Shown piece by piece: positions 1-7,987 of a stretch of 17,231 nucleotides of DNA (its first letter is position 1; each line of letters starts with the position of its first letter). Made by a program: the position numbers and the translations under genes. Location of the stretch: assembly GCA_049510745.1 (NCBI GenBank), contig JBEKYR010000068.1, positions 1 to 17,231 on the forward strand. Reading direction: 5' to 3'. The notes beneath the pieces were generated by a model. The model did not search any database. It was given only the letters and a program-made list of their open reading frames with translations, and was not told the DNA's origin. The stretch comes from Verrucomicrobiota bacterium. Its GTDB lineage: Bacteria; Verrucomicrobiota; Verrucomicrobiia; Limisphaerales; Palsa-1400.

Positions 1-978
1 CAAGGTGGCGGGGTCCACGGCGAATCCATGATTCTGCGAGGTGATTTCCACCCTCCCGCTCTCCAGGTCCTTGACCGGCTGGTTGGCGCCGCGATGGCCA
101 AACTTGAGCTTGAAGGTCTTCCCGCCAAAGGCCTGGCCCAGAATCTGGTGCCCCAGGCAAATCCCGAAAATCGGCACGCCGTTGTCAATCAAATCCCGCA
201 CGGCCCGCACCGCGTAATCCAGCGCCGACGGGTCGCCCGGCCCGTTGGCGAGAAAAATCCCGGCCGGCTTGTAGCGCAGGGCTTCCGCCGCCGTCGCCGT
301 CGCGGGCACCACTTGCACTTTGAAGCCGTGCTGCCGCAGGCGCCGCAGAATGTTGTATTTTATGCCGTAGTCGAAAGCGACGATGGGAATGTCGGCGGGC
401 GGAAGCGGAGCGTCCGCGACGGCCGCCGCCGGGCCGCGCGCCAACTGGAAGTTTCCGCTCAGGCTGCCGGCTTCATCCCACAAGAACGGTTCTGGATGCG
501 TCACGGTTTTGACGTAATCGACGCCCAGCAGGCCGGGCCAGCTTTTGGCGCGCGCCACCGCCTCGTCGGCCGGGATGTCGCGGGTGGAAATGAACCCGTT
601 GAGCGCGCCGCGCACGCGCAATTTTTTCGTCAGCGCCCGCGTGTCGATGCCCTCGATGCCGGGAATGCCGTGCTTTTCCAGGAACTCGGAGAGGGACGAC
701 TGGGCGCGCCAATTGCTCACCAGCGGGGACAATTCGCGGATGGCGAAACCGGCCACGTGGGGCCGCCAGGACTCGACATCGGCGGGATTGACGCCGTAAT
801 TGCCGATGAGCGGGCAGGTCATGGTGACGATCTGGGCTTTGTAAGACGGGTCGGTGAGGATTTCCTGGTAGCCGGTCATGGAGGTGTTGAAACAGACCTC
901 GCCGCATCCCTCGGCGTCGGCGCCAAAAGCGCGGCCGTGGAAAACAGAGCCATCTTCGAGCGCAAGCAGTGCCTTCAT
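1..978 (-). CDS. carA: Carbamoyl-phosphate synthase small subunit (3' end outside window; absent from the ORF track)
   Basis: Manual translation from ATG at 978: [20 protein letters not shown]...[21 protein letters not shown]...PLIGNYG. Glutaminase motif FGICLGHQ and [13 protein letters not shown] lie near the window start. Confidence 0.98.
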   Translation of the reverse strand, partial: MKALLALEDGSVFHGRAFGADAEGCGEVCFNTSMTGYQEILTDPSYKAQIVTMTCPLIGNYGVNPADVESWRPHVAGFAIRELSPLVSNWRAQSSLSEFLEKHGIPGIEGIDTRALTKKLRVRGALNGFISTRDIPADEAVARAKSWPGLLGVDYVKTVTHPEPFLWDEAGSLSGNFQLARGPAAAVADAPLPPADIPIVAFDYGIKYNILRRLRQHGFKVQVVPATATAAEALRYKPAGIFLANGPGDPSALDYAVRAVRDLIDNGVPIFGICLGHQILGQAFGGKTFKLKFGHRGANQPVKDLESGRVEITSQNHGFAVDPATL

Positions 979-999
979 AGGTGCATAGACCGGCGGGAG

Positions 1000-1027
1000 A
1001 ATTTAGGGCGATTGGCCGCCCGGTCAA
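1000..1027 (-). promoter_or_regulatory. Putative sigma70 promoter for carA
   Basis: Minus strand TTGACC-N16-TAAATT, ending 21 nt before the carA ATG. Confidence 0.5.
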
Positions 1028-1068
1028 GTCCGATCCAATTTTAAATTTTATGTCCAGAAAATCCCTGA

Positions 1069-1096
1069 TTGACAAATCAGGGGAAACCCCTACAAT
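1069..1096 (+). promoter_or_regulatory. Putative sigma70 promoter, divergent from carA
   Basis: TTGACA-N16-TACAAT; the -35 is overlapped by the inverted repeat CCCTGATT-gaca-AATCAGGG. Confidence 0.65.
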
Positions 1097-1102
1097 CCCT
1101 TC

Positions 1103-1272
1103 CGCAGTCCGAGATTGATCCAAGCCCGTGACGGGTTTCTTCAGAGGCCTTTTCGACCGCGCCGGGGGTTTGGAGAAAGGTGGAAATGAAGTGGACGGAT
1201 TTCTGCCGTGACAGAGTGGCAAAGGCTGCGCGATGCCGAAAGAAAGCGATAATATGCGATTATGCGGGACTG
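1103..1272 (+). ncRNA. Candidate structured non-coding RNA (6S-like or unknown family)
   Basis: Starts at the expected TSS of the 1069-1096 promoter, has no credible ORF, and forms nested helices whose G-U pairs favour the + strand. Family not recognised. Confidence 0.4.
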
Positions 1273-1487
1273 ACCCGTTTATCGTTTACGTTTAACGTTT
1301 ACAGACAAACAAAATGTTGACATGCTAGCATGACTTTGTTAAGTGATAAAAACCCAAAGCCGGTCCAAAGGCTTGCAAACATTGATGAAATTCGCAGTTT
1401 TCAGAAGGCAATCGGAACATTTTGCACGCTCGCCGCTTCCCTCGGTGAGTACACAACCTAACATAGTCATACTAGGACCCCTTTACT

Positions 1488-2603
1488 ATGAATGCGAAAC
1501 CCATTATGATGGCAGCGATTGCGGGAATGCTTGCGGCATCGTGCGCAAAAATGACGGACGCGTTGATCAAGGCGAATATACAAGCTCGCGTGGACAAGGA
1601 GCTAAATAATGCGTTCAGCGGCCCGAATTTCAGCGGACTCAACAAGTCCTTGTTCCCTGATATTCAAGCTTATTCCGCCACAACGGAATACACCAAGCAG
1701 TCGTGGCTTTTAATGGAATTCGGTGTTCCCGACGATGCCAGCAACCCCATCATCATGCGGATGAAACTCAGCGTGGATTCCGGCAAATCCCGATCTGAAT
1801 TCATTAACACGGCGGCGGACATACTAGCCCCCCACATGTCGCCCGCTGCCACCGCGCGATGGAAATCCAACGGCTTGGACCAAATTCCCATGGTGACAGT
1901 CACGCGCCTGGACAAAAAAGTTGCCTGCCTCATTTATCCTGGAAGGCAAAGCTACGTCGAAAGGGATTTGTCCGAAGCGGAATCTGCCGCGATGAGCAGC
2001 GGTGACAAAACGGAAACGACCGAACTGGGGCAGGAAACCGTGGAGGGCCATCCGTGCGTAAGAAACAAAGCCATTGTCACAGATAAGCGGGGTTATCAAC
2101 ACGAGCTTATCGTCTGGAAGGCCGCCGACTTGAACAATTTCCCGGTCAAAATTGAAACGTATATTCCCGCAGGCGACTGGATATTCAAACAGAAGGATAA
2201 CGCAGAAGCGGTCGTTACAGACCAAGAGGGCGATCAACACGGATTTTGCATGAGCGTCGCTGAGCTTGACCGAGCACCACGTGGAACTGTCGCTCACCTA
2301 ATGATTTTACGGGGCCAGTTCGGCGATGCCAAACGATTCTACAAGATCAAACCGGGCAATAAACAACTCCCCCTCGAGGACATTTTGGAAAACATCCCGC
2401 ACAGAGTCGAAACGAACAAAGTCGAAACGGACGAACGGGGCTGCACATGGACATCCGTTTATGTGCTGCGCAAGAACGAAGCAATCACATACAAGGACGT
2501 CAAGCTTGCCAAGCCCGACCCCAGCCTGTTTGATCCGCCGTCCGGTTACACGCGCTACGAAAGCAGGCAGGAGATGATGATGGATTCCCTCAAAAGGAAA
2601 TGA
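1488..2603 (+). CDS. Putative lipoprotein, DUF4412-like
   Basis: Signal peptide with lipobox LAASC; motifs ELGQETVEGHPC, VWKAADLNNFPVKIE and KPDPSLFDPPSGY typical of DUF4412-like proteins; visibly lower GC than flanks. Confidence 0.7.
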   Translation: MNAKPIMMAAIAGMLAASCAKMTDALIKANIQARVDKELNNAFSGPNFSGLNKSLFPDIQAYSATTEYTKQSWLLMEFGVPDDASNPIIMRMKLSVDSGKSRSEFINTAADILAPHMSPAATARWKSNGLDQIPMVTVTRLDKKVACLIYPGRQSYVERDLSEAESAAMSSGDKTETTELGQETVEGHPCVRNKAIVTDKRGYQHELIVWKAADLNNFPVKIETYIPAGDWIFKQKDNAEAVVTDQEGDQHGFCMSVAELDRAPRGTVAHLMILRGQFGDAKRFYKIKPGNKQLPLEDILENIPHRVETNKVETDERGCTWTSVYVLRKNEAITYKDVKLAKPDPSLFDPPSGYTRYESRQEMMMDSLKRK

Positions 2604-2761
2604 CCATTAAGGCATATGGGCTGTAGAAATGAAGGCCGAGGGGTCCTAGAATTTCGACATTCCTGTAAAGGGGTCGCCCGGAAAGCGGAATATCCGTTTG
2701 ACATTTGGGCGATGGGGGAGCAGGATCGGCGGCGATGGCACGAGAGATCAGATGTTGATCC

Positions 2762-2909
2762 ACCCCGTCCGCCGTCCCGTCCACTATCCTGTCCGCCATC
2801 CTGTCCGCCATCCTGTCCGTAGTTTTAACGACGGCGGTAGTTTTAACGAAGCCGGGAGCTTTAGCGACGGTGGAAGCCCTCGTCCTCCGCAGCCCCGGCG
2901 AAGGAGGAT
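2762..2909. repeat. Composite tandem-repeat / REP-like cluster
   Basis: Five degenerate 12-mers (ATCCTGTCCGCC) at 2762-2821, three 18-mers (GTAGTTTTAACGACGGCG-like) at 2819-2872, then a TCCTCC...GGAGGA hairpin at 2883-2908. Confidence 0.8.
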
Positions 2910-2957
2910 CGGCAAAGGCGGATGATTCAAACCTCGCAATTTTTCGACAAAAAGCCC

Positions 2958-2988
2958 TTGACACGTTCCATAACACCGTGGTATTACT
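2958..2988 (+). promoter_or_regulatory. Putative promoter
   Basis: TTGACA at 2958-2963 and TGgTATTAC (extended -10-like) at 2979-2987. Confidence 0.4.
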
Positions 2989-2995
2989 TCCTTCG

Positions 2996-3292
2996 ATGAC
3001 GCCAAATCGTCACATCGGTCAAGGCCGCCTTCGGCGCCAGGCGCTTTGCGCTTCTCGCGCAATCCCTTCGGCGACGGCGGATGTGTGCCAGAACATTGGC
3101 CACCATCTGTTCGAGAGCTTTACCGGCAGAATTTGCCGGCCCGGCCCGTCGAACCGGCTAAAACAACTAAAACCGAGTAAAACCGAGTACTTTTTTTTAT
3201 TTTTCATGCCCGCCAAAGGAAAACGTCAGCAACCGATCATTGGTTTGAGGCCAAAACAAGCAAAACAACAGCAAAACGGAGTAAAAAAATAA
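2996..3292 (+). CDS. Possible small basic hypothetical protein (98 aa), doubtful
   Basis: ATG at 2996 just after the putative promoter; no recognisable domain; A-tract-rich 3' half. Confidence 0.2.
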   Translation: MTPNRHIGQGRLRRQALCASRAIPSATADVCQNIGHHLFESFTGRICRPGPSNRLKQLKPSKTEYFFLFFMPAKGKRQQPIIGLRPKQAKQQQNGVKK

Positions 3293-3389
3293 ATTCACGC
3301 CCCTGATTGATCAACCATACGCTAAAGAAAAACCCGTTTTCGGGCGTTCGGCACTTGCACCCCAGAAGAATTTCCGGGCTGCATTCCTT

Positions 3390-3418
3390 ATCTGTGTGCG
3401 TCTGTGTTAATCTGTGGC
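3390..3418. repeat. Short TCTGTG tandem repeat
   Basis: atctgtgtgcg-tctgtgttaa-tctgtggc: three TCTGTG copies at a 10-nt period. Confidence 0.55.
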
Positions 3419-3549
3419 CGCACTTTCACCCCGAACTCAGCTTGCCCGATGCGGCTCAGGGTTTTCCCCGGCCCAAAAGAACGCAGCAGGTTTGGCGGCC
3501 ATTTTGTGTCTCGCCTCGCGCGCGCGTTTTGGCTACCGTCTGCCCCGCC

Positions 3550-5652
3550 ATGCAGGCGGCCCAGACATCCTCGGAGGCGGCGCGGTTTCTCAATCGCGAG
3601 TTGAGCTGGCTGGAGTTCAATCAGCGGGTCCTGGAGGAGGCGCGCGATCCGGCCAATCCCCTCCTGGAACGGCTCAAGTTCTTTTGCATCACCAGCTCCA
3701 ACCTCGACGAGTTCTTTGAGGTGCGCGTCGCCGGCCTCAAACAGCAGATCGAAAGCGGCGCCGTCAGCCGGGGCCTCGATGGCCTGACGCCCGCCGAAAC
3801 CTTGCGCGCCGTTCACGAACGCATCCGGCGCATGGTTTCCGATCAATACGTCTGCTGGCGCGAACAACTGGCCCCGGACCTCGAGCGCCACGGCATCCGC
3901 TTCCGCAAACCCTCGCAGCTCGGCGCGTCCGATCTCAAGTGGCTGGAGAATTTTTATCGCGGCGAGGTGCGGCCGGTGTTGACGCCGCTGGCCATTGATC
4001 CGGTGCATCCGTTTCCGCAATTGCTCAACAAATCGCTCAACATCGTGGCGCAGTTGGAGATGAAAACGGGCGGGGAAAACCTCCGCCACCTCGCGGTCGT
4101 GCAGGCGCCGCGCGTGCTGCCGCCGGTGGTCAAACTGCCGCGGGCGGGCGGGGAGCAGGACTATGTTTTTCTCGGACAGGTCATCGGGCATTTTCTGGCG
4201 GATTTGTTTCCGGGGACGAAGATTCTGGGCTACTGGCATTTCCGGGTGACGCGCAACAGCGAGCTTTACCTGGACGAGCAGGACAGCGGCGATTTGCTCA
4301 AGGCGATTGAGAACGAGCTGCACAACCGGCGCAAGGGCGACGCGGTGCGGCTGGAAATCGACCACGATTGCCCGCAAAAAATCCGGAAGGCGCTCCTTGG
4401 CACGCTGCGCTTGACAGAGGATGATCTGAATCTGATCGACGGGCCGCTCTATCCGGCGCGGCTCATGGCGCTCTACGAAGGGGACCACTCCAGCCATTTG
4501 CGCGACCCCAAGTTCACCGCTCCCGCCGCCGCCTTGGGGCGGGGTGAGACCGACTTGTTTGCCGCCATCCGCCGCCGCGACATTTTGCTGCACCATCCCT
4601 ACCAGAGCTTCGACAGCGTCATCGAGTTTTTGGAAAGATCCGCCAGCGACCCGCGCGTGCTGGCCATCAAACAGACGCTTTATCGCACCGGGGGCGACAC
4701 GCGGATCGTGGGGGCGTTGATGGAAGCGGCCAGCCACGGCAAGCAGGTCACCGCCGTGGTGGAGTTGCGGGCGCGGTTCGACGAGGCCAACAACATCCAG
4801 TGGAGCCGCAAACTGGAGGAGGCGGGCGTGCATGTGGTCTATGGATTGGTCGGCTACAAGATCCATTGCAAGATGTGCCTGGTGGTGCGCAAGGAACAGG
4901 ACGGCCTTCACCGTTACGTCCATCTGAGCACCGGCAATTACAACGCCACCACCGCGCGCCTTTACACCGACGCCGGGTTGCTGACCTGCCAGCCGGACTT
5001 TGGGGAAGACGTGACCAATGTGTTCAACCTGATCACGGGCCTGGGCCGGTATCAGCCGACCCGGAAGCTGGTGCTCTCGCCCTTCGAGATGCACCGGCGG
5101 ATGCTGGCGTTTATCGAACGGGAGACGGAGAACGCCCGGCGCGGCCGCCGCGCCCGCATCATTGCCAAGATGAACGCGCTGCTGGACGGGGACATCATCC
5201 AGGCGCTCTATCGGGCCTCGCAGGCGGGGGTGAAGATCGATCTGCTGGTGCGGGGCATCTGTTGCCTGCGGCCGCAGTGCCCCGGTTTGAGTGACAACAT
5301 CACGGTGCGGAGCATTGTGGACCGGTTTCTGGAGCACAGCCGCATCTTCTATTTTGAGAACGCGGGGCGGCCCGAGTATTGGATGGGCAGCGCGGATTGG
5401 ATGCCGCGCAATTTCTTCCGCCGCATTGAAGCCGTTTTCCCGATTGAAGACGCCCGGCTGCGCCGGCGGATCAAGAACGAACTGCTCGGAATCCCGCTGG
5501 CCGACAATGTCAAGGCTTGGTTCCTGCACGCCGACGGCCTCTATCGTCGCGCGGCCAGAACCGGCCCGCCCCTGCGCAGCCAGGCGGAGTTCATCCGGCG
5601 CGTCGGACGGAAGAAGGAAGAAGGAAGGAGGATGAAGGCTGAAGGAACCTAA
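3550..5652 (+). CDS. ppk1: Polyphosphate kinase 1
   Basis: RFLNRELSWLEFNQRVL, SSNLDEFFEVRVAGL, LLHHPY, ELRARFDE, HLSTGNYN, SIVDRFLEHSR, GSADWM; ATG at 3550 chosen as start. Confidence 0.98.
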   Translation: MQAAQTSSEAARFLNRELSWLEFNQRVLEEARDPANPLLERLKFFCITSSNLDEFFEVRVAGLKQQIESGAVSRGLDGLTPAETLRAVHERIRRMVSDQYVCWREQLAPDLERHGIRFRKPSQLGASDLKWLENFYRGEVRPVLTPLAIDPVHPFPQLLNKSLNIVAQLEMKTGGENLRHLAVVQAPRVLPPVVKLPRAGGEQDYVFLGQVIGHFLADLFPGTKILGYWHFRVTRNSELYLDEQDSGDLLKAIENELHNRRKGDAVRLEIDHDCPQKIRKALLGTLRLTEDDLNLIDGPLYPARLMALYEGDHSSHLRDPKFTAPAAALGRGETDLFAAIRRRDILLHHPYQSFDSVIEFLERSASDPRVLAIKQTLYRTGGDTRIVGALMEAASHGKQVTAVVELRARFDEANNIQWSRKLEEAGVHVVYGLVGYKIHCKMCLVVRKEQDGLHRYVHLSTGNYNATTARLYTDAGLLTCQPDFGEDVTNVFNLITGLGRYQPTRKLVLSPFEMHRRMLAFIERETENARRGRRARIIAKMNALLDGDIIQALYRASQAGVKIDLLVRGICCLRPQCPGLSDNITVRSIVDRFLEHSRIFYFENAGRPEYWMGSADWMPRNFFRRIEAVFPIEDARLRRRIKNELLGIPLADNVKAWFLHADGLYRRAARTGPPLRSQAEFIRRVGRKKEEGRRMKAEGT
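5613..5647 (+). repeat. Heptamer tandem repeat at the ppk1 3' end
   Basis: GAAGGAA GAAGGAA GGAGGAT GAAGGCT GAAGGAA. Confidence 0.7.
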
Positions 5653-6428
5653 AAGCCCACTTGCCCCGAATTCTGCTTCAACCACTCCTCAGCGGCGCGG
5701 TAATCCGGGCAGGCTTTGGCCACTTCCGACCAGAACTGCGGGGAATGGTTCAACTGGCGCAGGTGCATCAATTCGTGAACGATGATGTAGTCGCGCACCG
5801 GTTCGGGCAACTGGATCAAGCGCCAGTTCAGGGAAATGGTTCCCTGGCAGGAACAGGACCCCCAGCGGCTCCTTTGATTGCGGATGACGATGCGTTTGAC
5901 TTTCAAGGAGTGGTCCTGGGCCAGTTGTTCCACGCGCCGGAGCAGGAGTGACTTGGCCGCGGCGCGCAAGTGACATTCCAGGGCGGGGCGCAGGTTGCCC
6001 TCCGGGGTGGCCAGGGGCGCGCGTTCGGGGCCGGCCTGCAATTCCCATCCGTTCCCCTCCGGCCGCACTTCAAGGAGGACCGGGCGGCCATGCAGGAGGA
6101 TTTCCATGCCCGGACGCAAGTCGTGGGCGGGGGCCTTGCGCGCTTCCAGGATGCGCCATTGTTTTTCCAGCCAGGACTTGCGGCTGGCCACAAAGGCGCG
6201 GGCGAATTTCTTGGTGCCCTGGCGGGGGATGGTGACCACGACGGTTCGATTGGCGTGCAACCGCAGGACATAATTGCGGGCGCGGGCGTGCCGGCGGTAA
6301 AGGATGGGCATGGGATGCGAGAGGATTTCGATGGAATCCAGTTCCGTCGCCGGCGGGGCGGGCGAAATCAACCTGAAAAACTCGCTGAATATTTTCACAG
6401 CACTGGCCGCCAGTTTACCCACTGCCAC
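5649..6428 (-). CDS. YgjP/DUF45-family zinc metallo-hydrolase (M48-like); start uncertain
   Basis: IRNQRSRWGSCS, LNWRLIQLP, DYIIVHELMHL (HExxH), NHSPQFW. Confidence 0.92.
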   Translation of the reverse strand: MAVGKLAASAVKIFSEFFRLISPAPPATELDSIEILSHPMPILYRRHARARNYVLRLHANRTVVVTIPRQGTKKFARAFVASRKSWLEKQWRILEARKAPAHDLRPGMEILLHGRPVLLEVRPEGNGWELQAGPERAPLATPEGNLRPALECHLRAAAKSLLLRRVEQLAQDHSLKVKRIVIRNQRSRWGSCSCQGTISLNWRLIQLPEPVRDYIIVHELMHLRQLNHSPQFWSEVAKACPDYRAAEEWLKQNSGQVGF

Positions 6429-6608
6429 GCGAAACTAAAGAAACAAAAATAGAATTTTTTGCCGGCCGTTGCGGTCGCGCCTTCGGAAACAATGGGCCAT
6501 CCGACCGGGGGACTATTCCACGGAGTTGGCCGGGGGAGTTAATGAAGCTGAAGATAATTGCTTCCCACCTCCCGCCGCCTTTACTACTATGTCGCTTCAG
6601 GCGTTTTT

Positions 6609-7982
6609 ATGAATGACCGGTTTGACTGGCCGCTGGCCTATGAAGCGGAGAGTTTTCTGCGGCAACGGCTCGCCGCTTTCTTCGAGCGCAACGGTTTCGC
6701 CCGCCTCCTGGCCGGGCGCCTGCGCGACGCCACCGGCACCGATTTTTTCGAGTGGATCGATCATTTCGTCCTCGCGCCGGAGGTGGACAAGCCGTTGCGC
6801 GATTTCGGATTCGTTCCCGACCGCGTGGAAACGGAGGACGGCGCGACGGTCCTGCGGCATCCGCGCACGACGCTGCCGCGGGTGGTTCTAAGCCGGAAGC
6901 CGGACCGGTTGGCGATTGCCCTGCGGCCGGAATTTGTGGCGGATTTTGTGGCGGCCCATTCGCTGGCCGGCCCCATCCAGGGCGGGCCGTGTTCGCGCCT
7001 GCGCCGGGTGGTGGTGAGCGAGGAAAACGGCGCCCGGCTCGAGGCGGTGGAACGCAACGGCTATCGCGGGTTCGTGGCGGCCCCGCTGCATCCGGCCAAT
7101 TTAAAAAACATCGTGCAGGCCAGGGACCTGTGGCGCACCCGGCGGCGGGATTGCGCCAGCGACGCGGAAGGATTCAAGGTGGCGCGGGACGTTTTGGACC
7201 AGGCGCTGGAATTGGTGGGGCCGGACTTGGCGTGCCAGTTTTTTTTCGAGGAGGAGCGCCGTTACTGGGAGAGCCGCAATCGCGCGGCGCAAACGCAAAA
7301 GCGGCGCCAGGACGCCCTCGGCCTGGGCTGGGGCAACCACGACCATCACACCTTCCGCTGTTCGCGCGAAGGGTTTGTCGATGTCATCGAGTTGCTGGTG
7401 CGGCTGGGCTTTCAGAAGCGCGAGCGTTACTACGCGGGCGCGGAAGCCGGCTGGGGCGCGCAAATCTCCGAACAACCGAACGTCGGCATCGTGGTCTTCG
7501 CGGATGTCGATCTCATGCCGGACGAGACGCAAGTTGATTTTTCGAGCCTGCGGCTTCCGGCCGCCCCCAAGTTGGGGACGGTCGGCTTGTGGGTTGGGTT
7601 GCACGGCGAGAGTCTGTTGCAGGCGGGGATGCATCACTTGGAGGCGCGTTTTGATTTTGAACAGTTGCGCGCGCAGTTGGAGGAGCAGGGGGTGCGGACG
7701 ATGGCGCCGTTTTCCAATTTCGAGTTTCTGCGCCAGGCCTTTACCGAGGGGGAACGCTGGCCGGTGCGCGGCGAACGGATTGAAAAACTGCGCCAAGGCG
7801 GTTTGATCACCCGGGAGCAGGCGGAACAATTCCGGCAGGAAGGCGCGCTGGGCAGCCACTTGGAAAATTTGCAGCGGCGCGGCGGTTTCAAGGGCTTCAA
7901 CCAGAAGGCCGTCAGCGTCATCATCGCCGCGACCGACCCCCGCAAGAACCCGCGGGCGGCCCAGGCCGGAACCATTAAATAA
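6609..7982 (+). CDS. Hypothetical protein, probable VOC-superfamily (HPPD/DUF1338-like) metalloenzyme
   Basis: Long ORF with host-like codon usage; motifs WIDHF, NHDHHTFR, GMHHLEAR, LRQAFT, HLENLQRRGGFKGF. Confidence 0.75.
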   Translation: MNDRFDWPLAYEAESFLRQRLAAFFERNGFARLLAGRLRDATGTDFFEWIDHFVLAPEVDKPLRDFGFVPDRVETEDGATVLRHPRTTLPRVVLSRKPDRLAIALRPEFVADFVAAHSLAGPIQGGPCSRLRRVVVSEENGARLEAVERNGYRGFVAAPLHPANLKNIVQARDLWRTRRRDCASDAEGFKVARDVLDQALELVGPDLACQFFFEEERRYWESRNRAAQTQKRRQDALGLGWGNHDHHTFRCSREGFVDVIELLVRLGFQKRERYYAGAEAGWGAQISEQPNVGIVVFADVDLMPDETQVDFSSLRLPAAPKLGTVGLWVGLHGESLLQAGMHHLEARFDFEQLRAQLEEQGVRTMAPFSNFEFLRQAFTEGERWPVRGERIEKLRQGGLITREQAEQFRQEGALGSHLENLQRRGGFKGFNQKAVSVIIAATDPRKNPRAAQAGTIK

Positions 7983-7987
7983 TTGAC

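Noticed and set aside
28..1044. 338-aa + strand ORF and 249-aa minus ORF 473-1222
   Set aside because: Antisense or out-of-frame shadows of carA, which occupies 1-978 on the minus strand.
1159..1173. Exact 15-mer GCGCCGGGGGTTTGG shared with 16039-16053
   Set aside because: One GC-rich 15-nt match in 17 kb is roughly at chance level and the flanks do not align.
979..1230. PyrR attenuator or known riboswitch for carA
   Set aside because: The carA promoter candidate lies about 20 nt from the ATG, leaving no leader; no PyrR-loop or riboswitch consensus recognised; G-U pairs favour the opposite strand.
2762..2909. CRISPR array
   Set aside because: Units are 12-18 nt, contiguous and lack unique spacers; no cas genes in the window.
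2590..3062. Repeat-containing ORFs (RMADRMAD, HPVRHPVR, PPSCPPSC)
   Set aside because: Translations of 12- and 18-nt DNA repeats that stay open in several frames; no start context.
3307..3549. 81-aa N-terminal extension of PPK1
   Set aside because: Runs through repeat and promoter-like DNA; homology begins just after ATG 3550.
3388..5685. 765-aa minus ORF, and similar long ORFs 7634-9778, 11761-12720, 12707-14095, 14627-15748
   Set aside because: Antisense shadows of well-supported genes; expected in high-GC DNA; no motifs.
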